From: a virus
Taxonomy: Duplodnaviria; Caudoviricetes
Direction: 5' to 3' (one strand)
IMG/VR virus record: IMGVR_UViG_3300033069_001465
Length of the DNA: 64,000 nucleotides
In this document: in pieces, positions 1 to 10,618 of the stretch
Position numbering within the stretch: position 1 is the first letter of the stretch
Layout: every line of letters starts with the position of its first letter
Program-made: the position numbers and the translations under genes
Notes under the pieces: model-generated
Seen by the model: the letters and a program-made list of their open reading frames with translations, nothing else
What the model was told of the DNA's origin: nothing
Database searches by the model: none

Positions 1-404
1 TGAACAACAAATGGCATTGAACTTGTACCTATGGTTGAATCTGTATAGTTTCCATTAACCTGAAAAGCCTCACTCGGAGTACCACCAACACCTACTTTTT
101 GATTTACCTCATTGAATGCTTTTGGATAAGATATAATGGAGGAACTTGTTAATCCTAATCCAGTCGCATCCCATTTAGATAAATAATTAGCCGTGCCTTG
201 ACCTAAGGTATTAGTATCAAGTGTGTCCCATGAACTACTTGTCTTATTCCATGTATAAGTTATTCTATCATCCAATTGAAAAACTTTCAATCCATCATAT
301 TTATAACTAATGGCGTCTCTTTCAGTTGAACTACTTGCAATAATTCTACTATCTATTGGTAATTCTGAATTTATATTAAAATTGTCTATTAATGGTATTG
401 GCAT
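1..404 (-). CDS. Putative tail fibre/virion protein, 5' part (runs off the window)
   Basis: Hand translation from ATG at 404: MPIPLIDNFNINSELPIDSRIIASSSTERDAISYKYDGLKVFQLDDRITYTW; downstream of a Ser/Thr-rich structural gene on the same strand. Confidence 0.55.
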   Translation of the reverse strand, partial: MPIPLIDNFNINSELPIDSRIIASSSTERDAISYKYDGLKVFQLDDRITYTWNKTSSSWDTLDTNTLGQGTANYLSKWDATGLGLTSSSIISYPKAFNEVNQKVGVGGTPSEAFQVNGNYTDSTIGTSSMPFVV

Positions 405-419
405 TTTCTAATTTATTTT

Positions 420-1889
420 TTAATGTTTAAATGTCCACATAGAATTAACTGTTGTTACGCCACTACCTGCAGTATATGAATAAACACTATACGATGCTGA
501 CCAATATGGCGAACTACTTGTTAAAGATATTCCACTATGTATTTTACTAAAGGATGAGATATAGTTCCATCCAGTTATATTATCTATTGCTGATGTTAAA
601 TCTCCATAACTATTTGGATATAAGAAATAGATATGTGAACTCGTACCAGTTAATGTGACACTTATATCAGATTTTTCGGATATAACTTTATTTAATGATG
701 ATAAAACTCCATTAGATCCAAAATTTATACTATTGGATGTTACACCATAAAAATATGGATAAACATATGTTATTGATGCCGTAGATGACACTGTTCCAGT
801 TCCATCTGAAACAGTTAAGGTATATAACTGTGTTGAAGATGGAATTGAAATAGATGATGTTCCAGATAACCTTGTAGTTGTTGGTGGTAATGATCCACCA
901 GGACTTGCTAAAACGGATGTTATAGGTATTGATTTATTAGTTATATTATAGATATATCTAACTGATGATAAAGCTCCACTTTCTGCTATTACATTTCTAG
1001 ATCCAATACCGGTTACTCCATATGATATACTTGATGTTGCAGTTAATATCATAGATACAACTGGATCAACATACGGATATAATAAAGTATTTAATAGAGT
1101 AACTAATGCAACATTACTAAATGTAGATCCTAATGAAATACCTCCTAATTCAGATAGTATAGGACTAGAATTGGTAAATTCGATGTTGTTACCATTGATT
1201 AGAACTGGACTTCCTGTTATGGAAACAGTAGCTGATGAGTAAATTGTGTCAATGTTCGCACTACCTAATGGCTGCCAATCTAAATAAATATCACCAGCAT
1301 TATCTAAATATTTTAATACATATCCATTAGATGCAGATGCACTTTCGGCCCTTGTTGGAAAAATCAATCCATTAATACTAACATTAGATGCAGAACTATA
1401 AATATTTACATTACCATTTGGACTTACTATATTAAAATCTATGGATGATGATCCAGATATATAAGACGATTCAAAGTAAGGAGCCAAATTGTATTTAGTT
1501 GCATCATCTCCTGCTAATATAGATACTTTGGTTGAATCTTGTGATGAACTATCCGATTTAGTATTAAAAATAAAAATATCAGAATCACTATTTAATAATG
1601 TATCATCCATTATGTCCAATCCAGATAATCTTCTCTTACCTAAATAAATTTTTTCCTTAAGATTTATCCCAGTTTCAGAAGAATCAAGACCAACATATTC
1701 AACAGAGGACGCAGTTACCGTGGTAGGCTTGAAAACATTAGTTGTCCATGCGGTATAAACAGCATCCCTAACATCTTTAGGAGATAACAACTGACTTGTA
1801 TTATCTGGCAATTGATTTAGAACATCGTTAATATTCTCTAGACTACTAGTTTCAAAAATCGTTCCTATATTTATACTATATGTTAGCAT
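420..1889 (-). CDS. Putative virion structural (tail/fibre-associated) protein
   Basis: 489 aa, very Ser/Thr/Gly-rich, beta-type composition; late-type promoter upstream. Confidence 0.5.
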   Translation of the reverse strand: MLTYSINIGTIFETSSLENINDVLNQLPDNTSQLLSPKDVRDAVYTAWTTNVFKPTTVTASSVEYVGLDSSETGINLKEKIYLGKRRLSGLDIMDDTLLNSDSDIFIFNTKSDSSSQDSTKVSILAGDDATKYNLAPYFESSYISGSSSIDFNIVSPNGNVNIYSSASNVSINGLIFPTRAESASASNGYVLKYLDNAGDIYLDWQPLGSANIDTIYSSATVSITGSPVLINGNNIEFTNSSPILSELGGISLGSTFSNVALVTLLNTLLYPYVDPVVSMILTATSSISYGVTGIGSRNVIAESGALSSVRYIYNITNKSIPITSVLASPGGSLPPTTTRLSGTSSISIPSSTQLYTLTVSDGTGTVSSTASITYVYPYFYGVTSNSINFGSNGVLSSLNKVISEKSDISVTLTGTSSHIYFLYPNSYGDLTSAIDNITGWNYISSFSKIHSGISLTSSSPYWSASYSVYSYTAGSGVTTVNSMWTFKH

Positions 1890-1904
1890 TCCACTTTTAA
1901 ATTT

Positions 1905-1918
1905 TAATATATATATTA
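1905..1918. promoter_or_regulatory. Palindromic (bidirectional) putative late promoter TAATATATATATTA
   Basis: Lies between divergent genes; core TAATATATA recurs more than 20 times just upstream of start codons. Confidence 0.65.
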
Positions 1919-1934
1919 AATTCGAATTTTCGAA

Positions 1935-2849
1935 ATGCCAAAAAGATTAAATAGAGATCAATTTATAGAAAAGTCTATAAAGGTGCATAATTTTAAATAT
2001 TCATATAATGATGTGATATATAAAAATAATCGGTCAAAAGTAGACATTAGTTGTCCTTTGCATGGAATATTCAAACAATTGCCACAAAATCACCTAAATG
2101 GATTTGGATGTCCTGAATGTTCTAATAATTTAAAATTAACTAATGAAATTTTCATTAAAAAATCTATAGAAATACACAGAAATAGATATAAATATGACTT
2201 GGTTAATATTTCAAATAATAGTTCAAAAGTTATTATTGAATGTGTAATTCATGGAAAATTTGAGCAATCACCATCATCACATCTTAGTGGTCATGGATGT
2301 TCAAAGTGTTATGGTAATAGTAGATCGAGTACGGAAGATTTTATTCTAAAATCAAAACTAATTCATGGTGATGTATTTAACTATGATAGTGTTAAATATA
2401 ATAACACTAATAAGAAGGTAGAGATAGAATGTAAACTACATGGAATATTTGATCAAACTCCTCATAGTCATCTAAGTGGAAAAGGTTGCCCAAATTGTAG
2501 AACATCAAAGGGTGAAGTAAAAATTCAAAAAATATTAGATGATAACAAAATTAAATATAAAAAACAATACTATTTTAGTGATCTTAAAGATATATCACTT
2601 TTATATTTTGATTTTGCCATTTTTGATCATACTAATAAGTTAATTTTCCTAGTGGAATATAATGGAATTCAACACTATCAATTTACTAAAATTTTTCATA
2701 GATCAGAAGATAATTTTGTAAAGTCAAATAATAGAGATGCTATGAAAATTAAATATTGTTTAGAAAATAAAATACCTTTGTATATCATAAAATATAATGA
2801 AAATATCTATAATAGGGTATGTAACCTAATTAAGACATATTTAATTTAG
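1935..2849 (+). CDS. Homing-endonuclease-like protein: DUF723-type Zn repeats plus Vsr/PD-(D/E)xK nuclease
   Basis: Three C-x2-HG-x-F-x-Q...H-x2-G-x-GC-x2-C repeats, then SKGE...FDF...EYNGIQHY. Confidence 0.75.
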   Translation: MPKRLNRDQFIEKSIKVHNFKYSYNDVIYKNNRSKVDISCPLHGIFKQLPQNHLNGFGCPECSNNLKLTNEIFIKKSIEIHRNRYKYDLVNISNNSSKVIIECVIHGKFEQSPSSHLSGHGCSKCYGNSRSSTEDFILKSKLIHGDVFNYDSVKYNNTNKKVEIECKLHGIFDQTPHSHLSGKGCPNCRTSKGEVKIQKILDDNKIKYKKQYYFSDLKDISLLYFDFAIFDHTNKLIFLVEYNGIQHYQFTKIFHRSEDNFVKSNNRDAMKIKYCLENKIPLYIIKYNENIYNRVCNLIKTYLI

Positions 2850-3542
2850 ATATATTACAAAACTATAATCATCAACATCAATATTCGTATTATATTGTCT
2901 TCCTTCCCTCTCTCGTTCGTAATAAATTGAACTAACATCATACAGTTGGTTTATCCTATTGTATATTCTATCCGCCAATGATTCTAAAAACTCTAAATTA
3001 TATTCCGGTTTTCCGCTACTGATAGGTCCATTAAAGGATATGTAAATCGCCGGTTTTTTAATTGATAGATACTCATCTATAGATATTCTCCCATAAGGTT
3101 TTGCGCATTCCCACATCATGTCACTTAGTATATTACCAATTTCCCACTTAAAATAATCTTTATTATCTAGTTTATTAGAACTTACTCCTATGTGAGATCC
3201 TTTTTTGGATATAGAAAACATAATTCGTGGGGTAAACCTTGGTATTTCATCAAAAAATTCAACCAATCTATCTTCAATATCTACCAATGAATTCTTTCTA
3301 AAAATACTAAATATTCTTTCTAACCACTTTTCTACGATATCATATAGATTATCATACTCCGATATCCTATCCAATTCTTTTTTATCTTCTTCAGTAATTT
3401 CTATTCCGTTTTTTAATTTATCTATAATGCTCGTTACAATATTTTCCTCCATGCTTGTTTTATGTAGAGCTCTCAAATCTCTATTATCATGTCTATTAGA
3501 GAATATTTTATTAAAGTTTTCATATGTTTTTATCCACTTCAT
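2841..3542 (-). CDS. Hypothetical protein with capsid-targeting-like leader (start revised to MKWIKTYENF)
   Basis: TAATATATA motif at 3548-3556 just upstream of ATG 3542; DIEDRLVEFFDE motif. Confidence 0.6.
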   Translation of the reverse strand: MKWIKTYENFNKIFSNRHDNRDLRALHKTSMEENIVTSIIDKLKNGIEITEEDKKELDRISEYDNLYDIVEKWLERIFSIFRKNSLVDIEDRLVEFFDEIPRFTPRIMFSISKKGSHIGVSSNKLDNKDYFKWEIGNILSDMMWECAKPYGRISIDEYLSIKKPAIYISFNGPISSGKPEYNLEFLESLADRIYNRINQLYDVSSIYYEREREGRQYNTNIDVDDYSFVIYLN

Positions 3543-4236
3543 TAGGATATATATTAATTCTGGATAAAGATATATCATAATACTCTTTATCCTTTTCAAC
3601 CAAAATGTAATTTCTATTTAATTCTTTACATGCCACCGCAAGTGTTCCAGATCCACCAAATGTATCCAAAATAATATCTTCCTCATTTGTATGCTTTTCT
3701 ATGATTTCTTTGATCAGACCTAAAGGCTTTTGTGTGGGATGTTTGGTTCTCTCTTTTCCATGACATAGTGGGTAATTATAGATGCCTTTATCGTATGATG
3801 AGTTGAATGTTGGATTGCCTTTTTTGACAAAAGTAAAAAAATACTCTATTGAGTTTGATAAATAATTTACCTTTGAATTAATCGGGGTCGGATTATTTTT
3901 GACCCATTGACCTATTCTTGGTTGTTTAAATCCATTATTCTCAGCTGCTTCTTTTATTTTATTTGATTTCCATATATCATAAAATATTATCAACGTTCCG
4001 CCTTTTTTGAGAATTCGTTTGTAGTGCTTGAACAGTAAATTTAAATTTATTTCTTCTTTATCCCATTCACCAAAATCTAAATTAATATTACTGAATTTAA
4101 TATTTTCAGCACCGCCTTCAAAAAATGATTTTTTTGAAATTATATATGGTGGATCGGTGAGTATTAAATCTATAGAATTATTTTCTATTGTAGGAAGTAC
4201 ATCAAAACAGTCACCATTAATAATCTGGTTTACCAT
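3520..4236 (-). CDS. DNA N6-adenine/N4-cytosine methyltransferase (beta class)
   Basis: GDC, DLILTDPPY, HPTQKP, LDTFGGSGT motifs in beta order. Confidence 0.9.
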   Translation of the reverse strand: MVNQIINGDCFDVLPTIENNSIDLILTDPPYIISKKSFFEGGAENIKFSNINLDFGEWDKEEINLNLLFKHYKRILKKGGTLIIFYDIWKSNKIKEAAENNGFKQPRIGQWVKNNPTPINSKVNYLSNSIEYFFTFVKKGNPTFNSSYDKGIYNYPLCHGKERTKHPTQKPLGLIKEIIEKHTNEEDIILDTFGGSGTLAVACKELNRNYILVEKDKEYYDISLSRINIYPNEVDKNI

Positions 4237-4255
4237 AATTTATATATAATGTGTC

Positions 4256-4633
4256 ATGAACTACCTTTTTAAGAAATATAGAAAATTTACCTTTAAAAGA
4301 GATAAATTTATTTCATCTATAATAGATAATGAAGTAAAAAGGACCAAAGAGTTTGGATTGAATATAGATCAAGAAGATGTTGAGTATGAAAAATTAATAT
4401 TTATTGCGGTTTTTGAATATATATGGGATAGAATAGAAAATTCGGGCTCAGATTTCTCATCATTAAGATTGGTAGCTAGTAGGACAATTAATGAAAAATT
4501 GGCACATTTAATTAAAAAGTATTTCGATATGTCGGTTAAAGAAAATTTAGATGTTAAAAATATGTATAATTGCCATATTGATGAGTGTATGTCTAAATTA
4601 TTTTTAAAAATAAGTAATAAATTATATGATTAA
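4256..4633 (+). CDS. Hypothetical protein
   Basis: 125 aa ORF overlapping the next start codon. Confidence 0.55.
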   Translation: MNYLFKKYRKFTFKRDKFISSIIDNEVKRTKEFGLNIDQEDVEYEKLIFIAVFEYIWDRIENSGSDFSSLRLVASRTINEKLAHLIKKYFDMSVKENLDVKNMYNCHIDECMSKLFLKISNKLYD

Positions 4634-5048
4634 AAAGTTTGAGCAATTTATATTAGAGAATACAGATTCTACAATTGAGATAATCGAAGATTGTTTTCTG
4701 GAATTTTGTGATGAATATGATTTGGATATTGATATAGATAAAGGATATTTACTTGGTAATGGTAGTTATATTCTTCCTAGAATGCTACCTGATGTATTAC
4801 AAATGGCTAAAGATGCAAAAAAAGAAATTAATGTAAAGGATTGTTATCGTGTTCAGTTATATTCTAAAAATAATAGGCGACCTGAATCAGATGAATCAAT
4901 GCCAAGTTTAAAAAACGTGTGGAAGAATTCGATTAATGATGACTTTTTAGCCTGTTTAAATCGATCTATGAGAATGACAAATTTAGAAGTGCAAGAGATA
5001 CCCAAATTAGAAAAGACAAATTGGTCAATAATACTATATATGATATGA
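4626..5048 (+). CDS. Hypothetical protein with capsid-targeting-like leader
   Basis: MIKKFEQFILE leader; IIEDCFLEFCDE motif. Confidence 0.6.
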   Translation: MIKKFEQFILENTDSTIEIIEDCFLEFCDEYDLDIDIDKGYLLGNGSYILPRMLPDVLQMAKDAKKEINVKDCYRVQLYSKNNRRPESDESMPSLKNVWKNSINDDFLACLNRSMRMTNLEVQEIPKLEKTNWSIILYMI

Positions 5049-5515
5049 AGTACTTATATAATTTTTTTGAATCATTTGCTGATAATTTTAATGCAGATGG
5101 CTGGTTGGAGTTTGATGGAACATCAGCATACACTCATCTAACATTTAACTCTTGGGATCATTTTAGGGATGGCAGGAAGCGTATTAATCCACAAGACATC
5201 ATACTTGAACAAGTTAAAGATATATTAGAAAAATATCTAAATAACAAAATAGTAAATTTAAAATGGAAACCAGAATTTAAACAATTATATTGCTATATGT
5301 ATAGTAGTGATAAAACACACATGAGTTATAAAGAGAGAGAGAAATCAAATAGGAAATTACTAATTATTGATTTTTATGATGATAATTGGATATTTTGTAG
5401 TATTATAAATAAAAACGATAGTATCATAAATGTAGAAACACATTTTGTTTGTGATGATATTTTTGGATTTGAAAATTTTATTAAAAATAAAAAAGAATAT
5501 CTAATGAATAGATAG
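5045..5515 (+). CDS. Hypothetical 'CDQ'-family protein (start revised to MKYLYNFFES)
   Basis: ATG at 5045 overlaps the upstream stop; DDNWIF...FVCDDIFGFENFI motif. Confidence 0.6.
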   Translation: MKYLYNFFESFADNFNADGWLEFDGTSAYTHLTFNSWDHFRDGRKRINPQDIILEQVKDILEKYLNNKIVNLKWKPEFKQLYCYMYSSDKTHMSYKEREKSNRKLLIIDFYDDNWIFCSIINKNDSIINVETHFVCDDIFGFENFIKNKKEYLMNR

Positions 5516-5516
5516 T

Positions 5517-6284
5517 TTAGATTTTCCAAATATCCTGTAAATTTATCTTGGTCTTGATTTCTATTGGATCACCATCTATAACTAAAGAATATCCAACAAT
5601 TCCTTTAAATTTTCCTACAATCTTTCTAATTTTTGATATTTCACTATCCTCTAAATCATAGTTGAATATCTGAATTAGATTATCTATTTCAGAGAACTCT
5701 AATTTATCTTTTCCACCTAGGAAAAACATAAAATCATAAGAAACCTTATTTAGATCTTCGATTTCCTTTTTCTCTGACTTTGTTGATAAATATTGGGTTA
5801 ATGAAGTTTCTACTCCTATTGATGGTAAAGAGAATCTATATCCATCTAACACAATTTCTCTAGTCTCTGAATCATAGTTTTTCATGTAATTAGAAAAATT
5901 AAAATAATTAAAGTGATCAATGTCAAAGTTAATAGACTCTTCTATACCTAACCTATTGACATATGGGATTTTAATTTCCTTACTAGTTGTAAATTTTACA
6001 ATTTCTAAAAATATAAATATAATATCTACGCTTTTAATATCTTTATATGAATATGGGTCAGTTAATATTACATTTCTATTAACTATCATCTTAATACATT
6101 CAAGAGCCGATATTATATTATTTTCTACATAGTTATATTCATAAGCAATAATATCCTCGATTTCAGCTTTTTTTATTTTAATAGAAAAATCTTCTTTATA
6201 AAATAGTGCTTGTGATGGAAGTTTTTTTACTTCAATAACTTTTGTTTCTACTAATAAACCTTTTAATATCTCTAACAAACCCAT
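5517..6284 (-). CDS. Putative baseplate hub protein (T4 gp26-like)
   Basis: LPSQALFY near the N-terminus, D-x2-FIFLEI; about 255 aa; late promoter. Confidence 0.45.
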   Translation of the reverse strand: MGLLEILKGLLVETKVIEVKKLPSQALFYKEDFSIKIKKAEIEDIIAYEYNYVENNIISALECIKMIVNRNVILTDPYSYKDIKSVDIIFIFLEIVKFTTSKEIKIPYVNRLGIEESINFDIDHFNYFNFSNYMKNYDSETREIVLDGYRFSLPSIGVETSLTQYLSTKSEKKEIEDLNKVSYDFMFFLGGKDKLEFSEIDNLIQIFNYDLEDSEISKIRKIVGKFKGIVGYSLVIDGDPIEIKTKINLQDIWKI

Positions 6285-6301
6285 TTATAATTTAATATTT
6301 T

Positions 6302-6313
6302 TAATATATATTA
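6302..6313. promoter_or_regulatory. Palindromic putative late promoter TAATATATATTA
   Basis: Between divergent genes. Confidence 0.65.
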
Positions 6314-6334
6314 TAAATCGTTTTGCCCAAATTT

Positions 6335-7192
6335 ATGAATATACTTAGATGGAAACAGTTTCTCGAATCAATAGGTGAAATACCAATTTTTAATATTGAT
6401 ATTTATAATAAAAGAATGGAAGTCGGATGGGAAGACAAACTATTTTTTTTAAATAAAATCAATCCTGATGTGATTGTTGACTTCGGATGTGCTGATGGAT
6501 CTATATTAGTTAAGGTAAAAAATAAAAAACCTGGTATTAAGCTTATCGGATATGAACCAGATGAAAAAATGTTATCTATTGCTAAATCACATTTAGACGA
6601 TGCTTTTTTAACATCTGATTGGAATGAAGTAGTTAAAGAAGTTGCTAAATATAGCAGGCCTGCTATTTTATTATCATCTGTTATACATGAAGTTTATTCA
6701 TACTCAAATCAATCTGATATTGATAAATTTTGGGATCATATATTTTCCGGAATATTTAAATGGATTTGTATTAGAGATATGATGCCTTCTATTCAAATAA
6801 ATAATAATATGGCGAATTTTAGTAATGATATTTCGAATGTTAGAAAAAATATTGATCCACATTTAATAAACTCATATGAAAATGTATGGGGAGAAATTAA
6901 AGATTATAAGTCTCTAATGCACTTACTATTGAAATATAAATATGTTGAAAATTGGAATAGAGAAGTAGAAGAAAACTATTTCCCTTTAATGTTGGAAGAA
7001 CTATATGCTCTTATACCAACTGGATATCAGATAACCTATCAAGAGAGTTTCCTACTTCCACATCTACCAAGTCAATTTAAAAATGATTTTGGAATTGATA
7101 TCAATAAGAAAACACATGCTAAGATGATTATCACAAATAAGAAATTTGATAAAAAAATAAATGAATCAGAAGATACAAAGAAAAAAGATTAG
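6335..7192 (+). CDS. Class I SAM-dependent methyltransferase (start revised to MNILRWKQFLES)
   Basis: VIVDFGCADG motif I, GYEPD motif II, LSSVIHEVYSY. Confidence 0.75.
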   Translation: MNILRWKQFLESIGEIPIFNIDIYNKRMEVGWEDKLFFLNKINPDVIVDFGCADGSILVKVKNKKPGIKLIGYEPDEKMLSIAKSHLDDAFLTSDWNEVVKEVAKYSRPAILLSSVIHEVYSYSNQSDIDKFWDHIFSGIFKWICIRDMMPSIQINNNMANFSNDISNVRKNIDPHLINSYENVWGEIKDYKSLMHLLLKYKYVENWNREVEENYFPLMLEELYALIPTGYQITYQESFLLPHLPSQFKNDFGIDINKKTHAKMIITNKKFDKKINESEDTKKKD

Positions 7193-7210
7193 ACCCAAAT
7201 AATTAGAAAT

Positions 7211-7906
7211 TTAAATAATTTTTTCAAATTGATAATAGTCCTTATCTAATATTAAAATATATTTATAAGGTGATACTGATTTAATTTTTTCATTTATTAT
7301 TTCCATACCACCCTGCAAGTCCAATATCCATTTAGATTTTATCTCTATAATATATTCATCCTTAAATAGAAAATCTGGAAAATGATGAGATTTACTATTT
7401 AAGTATTTAAATGATGGAGATCTTGATACCAGATGTATAACATTATTTTCTTCACAAAATTTTAAAAAGTCATATTCATAACTGCTTTGGTATAAAATGT
7501 TTGTTTTTTTATATCTCTTATTTGCAATTTTCCTTCCCCATTCAAGAATCTCGCCATTAATTGATTTGTATCTTGGTCTACATTTGCAATATTTATTTGG
7601 ACTTCCACGATAAAATCCTACCTCCTTATCACAATTTTTACATTTCGGAATACCATATTTTTTAATATATTCATTTTCTTTAAATTTAAACCCATCATGT
7701 CCTTTAGCATATTTTAAAAATTTACCTCTATATAAATGTGGAACTTCATCACATAGCCCACATTTACATTTTGGTGGAATATTATTATATTCTGTTAAAA
7801 TAATATAATCCACTAGATTGATGTTATGATGTTTTTTTATGTGATTAGTGAGCTGACCACCATTGTTACTAATAAATTCTACTTTACATATAAAACAAGA
7901 AACCAT
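7211..7906 (-). CDS. Homing-endonuclease-like protein (Zn fingers plus PD-(D/E)xK)
   Basis: C2H2 and CxC motifs; YQSSYE...PDF...IEIKS; directly downstream of nrdJ with its own promoter. Confidence 0.7.
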   Translation of the reverse strand: MVSCFICKVEFISNNGGQLTNHIKKHHNINLVDYIILTEYNNIPPKCKCGLCDEVPHLYRGKFLKYAKGHDGFKFKENEYIKKYGIPKCKNCDKEVGFYRGSPNKYCKCRPRYKSINGEILEWGRKIANKRYKKTNILYQSSYEYDFLKFCEENNVIHLVSRSPSFKYLNSKSHHFPDFLFKDEYIIEIKSKWILDLQGGMEIINEKIKSVSPYKYILILDKDYYQFEKII

Positions 7907-7964
7907 ATTCTATATATTAAAATATGGTTTCTACGTTGTTATAAATGATATGATTGCTTATTTA

Positions 7965-10472
7965 TTACTGGCATTTACTATGTGAACATTCATAACATTT
8001 GAAGCATCCTTCTTCAAAGGCTATATTGGTGCTACCACATTCTTCACACTTCTTTTTAGATTCACTAAGTTCTTTAGCATATTTTGAAAGAACTCTAGCA
8101 ATCGCTTTATTAAAGCTAACTACTGTACCATTGGATTTATTTAGCTGATCAACAATAAAATCGATAGAAGATCCATGTCTAAGAGCGGTTGATATCATTC
8201 TTGTTAATGACTCTTCTTCATCGGTCATATTAGCCGTCACATCGTTAATGGTATATTTCTCATTTTTTAATGTGTAACTACCCTTTCCTTCTTTTACAAG
8301 TAATCCCCTTTTAAAGTTTTCGGGAATTTCAGTGACATCATGTTCAACACCAAAACATTCATATGGCTTGTCATCATATAATCCAACAATAACTGTCCAT
8401 TTTTTACCTTTAGCTGTAATTTTAAATACATCACATGGTAATTCTTTTGGTCTTTTTGGAGCGTTATGATAGTGAAATTCATTCTCATTTATCTCTGTAG
8501 TTGAAGATTTTGATAGAACTGCTGCCATTGTACCATCTCTATAAGTAGTACATCCTTTAATTACACCAGTTTCCCAGCATTTAAAATAAACACTCTTAAA
8601 ATCTTCATATGGATAATTTTCTGGAAGATTAATTGTTTTAGACATCGCACTATCTAAGTATTTAGCTAATACCTCCATAGTTTTAACGTGGTCGTCAACA
8701 GTTAATTTATAAGCATTTACAGAATAATCTGCATTTTCATCCCATAATCCTCTTTGTCTTAGCCACCATACACCATAATCTTCTACTTTAATTTCTTTAA
8801 GAAGCCCTCTATTTTTGTCATACTTCCATATTACCCCGTTAAACTCTGTCCACAGCATATTTTCGTCGCCTTCTTTTTTCCATTTCCATTCAGTTGTACT
8901 ATCATAAGTTTTATTTGAAAAGTCAATGTTTTTTGGAACATCCAATCCTTCTGGAGCAAATGGTTGAATAGCTGTTCTGATATAATCAAATAAGAAAATA
9001 GGTTCTCCACCACCACTAACATTGTTTCCAAAGAAGCTTGAGTTACCAGTTGGTTGAATACTTAATAAGTGGCTATTTCTGATACCATGTTTTTTAATTA
9101 ACGCTTTAGTCTCATCACTCAATACATTTTGAATAAATTTAGATTGTAGATATTTATCTTCGTCATATAAAGGAAATGCACCTTTTTCCTTAGCTAAGAA
9201 AGCAGAAGCCTGATAAGCTGTGTTAGCTAAACAAGACATAACCTCATCTGTAAATTTAAGTGCTTTTTCAGAACCATATTTTAATCCCATCATTAAAAGA
9301 GCACTACCATATCCCATTATTCCAAGTCCAATTCTTCTTTTGTTCTGAAGATTTACTTTTTGTGAATCTAATGGAACGTATGAGATATCATTCACATTAT
9401 CCATCATTCTAACAGCTTTAGGGATAAAGTTTTTGAACTTTTCAAAGTCAAATTCTCTGTTATCATTTATAAACTGAGCTAAGTTTAGGCTACCTAATAA
9501 ACAAACACCGCCAATAGGTAATATTTGTTCTCCGCATGGGTTAGTAGCATTAATATACTCACAATACCATAGATTATTTAATCTATTAATCGTATCTACG
9601 AAAAGAACACCAGGTTCATTTCTATTATATGTAGATTTACTAATTAAATCCCATAACTCATTTGCATTTTCATATGTTTTGTAGATTTTTACTGGATAGT
9701 TTTTACTTTCCCATAGTCTGATATTACCATCCCATTCTTTATTATAAAGATCTTTACAATTTTCAAAATCAGGAAATTTTAAGTTCCAAGGTTTGTTGTG
9801 TTTAACTGCGTTCATAAAATCGTCATCACAAAGGATAGACATGTTGAATTTAGTTAATTTGTTCTCAGTTTGTTTAACAGTAATATATTCTTCAATATCT
9901 GGGTGCCAAACACTTTTAGTTACCATTTGGGCGCCTTTTCTAATCTTTTGCTTTCCTTTCTTACTTTTCTTTCCTGATCCTTTTGTGATAACTGCAGATT
10001 GTGTGTCCCACATATCTAACATTTCCACCGAGCCTGGGGATTCATTTCCGATACCTCCGATATAAGCTCCCTTTGGCCTCATAACATCAGAGTTAAATCC
10101 ATACCCACCTTCTGATTTTAATATTAATGCCTGTCTTCTGAGTGTGTCTAGAATTCCTTCCATGGAATCTTGTGATTCACCAGTAAATCCGTCAACAAAG
10201 CAGTTAATATAAGTAGTTCCTTTTAATCCAGTTCCTGCGTTAGATGTTATTCTTCCTCCGGGCATAAAAGAAAAATCTTCTAATATAGTTAGAAAATCAT
10301 TTGTTACCTTTTCTTTATTATCCTCATTTTGTGATAGGTCATTGGCTACTCTGAAGTGAGTATCGTTAATATCATCATCCGCCTTTCTACTTTCATCTCC
10401 GTGAAATTTATAGGTTTGCAAATAGATTTCCTCACTTGCTTCATTAATAAAGCTCGTATTGTTTTTCTTCAT
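7965..10472 (-). CDS. nrdJ: Class II (adenosylcobalamin) ribonucleotide reductase
   Basis: PGGRI, NCFV, TNPCGEQ, CLLGSLNL, RRIGLG, QPTG, SKTIN; C-terminal TSCPD-like domain and Zn ribbon; no ATP cone and no adjacent beta subunit. Confidence 0.9.
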   Translation of the reverse strand: MKKNNTSFINEASEEIYLQTYKFHGDESRKADDDINDTHFRVANDLSQNEDNKEKVTNDFLTILEDFSFMPGGRITSNAGTGLKGTTYINCFVDGFTGESQDSMEGILDTLRRQALILKSEGGYGFNSDVMRPKGAYIGGIGNESPGSVEMLDMWDTQSAVITKGSGKKSKKGKQKIRKGAQMVTKSVWHPDIEEYITVKQTENKLTKFNMSILCDDDFMNAVKHNKPWNLKFPDFENCKDLYNKEWDGNIRLWESKNYPVKIYKTYENANELWDLISKSTYNRNEPGVLFVDTINRLNNLWYCEYINATNPCGEQILPIGGVCLLGSLNLAQFINDNREFDFEKFKNFIPKAVRMMDNVNDISYVPLDSQKVNLQNKRRIGLGIMGYGSALLMMGLKYGSEKALKFTDEVMSCLANTAYQASAFLAKEKGAFPLYDEDKYLQSKFIQNVLSDETKALIKKHGIRNSHLLSIQPTGNSSFFGNNVSGGGEPIFLFDYIRTAIQPFAPEGLDVPKNIDFSNKTYDSTTEWKWKKEGDENMLWTEFNGVIWKYDKNRGLLKEIKVEDYGVWWLRQRGLWDENADYSVNAYKLTVDDHVKTMEVLAKYLDSAMSKTINLPENYPYEDFKSVYFKCWETGVIKGCTTYRDGTMAAVLSKSSTTEINENEFHYHNAPKRPKELPCDVFKITAKGKKWTVIVGLYDDKPYECFGVEHDVTEIPENFKRGLLVKEGKGSYTLKNEKYTINDVTANMTDEEESLTRMISTALRHGSSIDFIVDQLNKSNGTVVSFNKAIARVLSKYAKELSESKKKCEECGSTNIAFEEGCFKCYECSHSKCQ

Positions 10473-10618
10473 AAAAATCTTTATATTTTTTTTATTTTTT
10501 AGCTTGAAATGCTAATATTTTTCTTAAAGTGTTTTTTATATATTGAAGAATTTTTTTAATATTTTTCATCAATCATAAAAAACCAAAAATTTTTTACAAC
10601 CACTTTTTATTGATTTTT

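Noticed and set aside
3520-4236. Restriction-modification system
   Set aside because: No cognate restriction enzyme next to either DNA methyltransferase; orphan protective methylases are common in phages
7965-10472. Group I intron or intein in nrdJ (also checked thyA)
   Set aside because: Both ORFs are continuous and of normal length; adjacent endonucleases are free-standing
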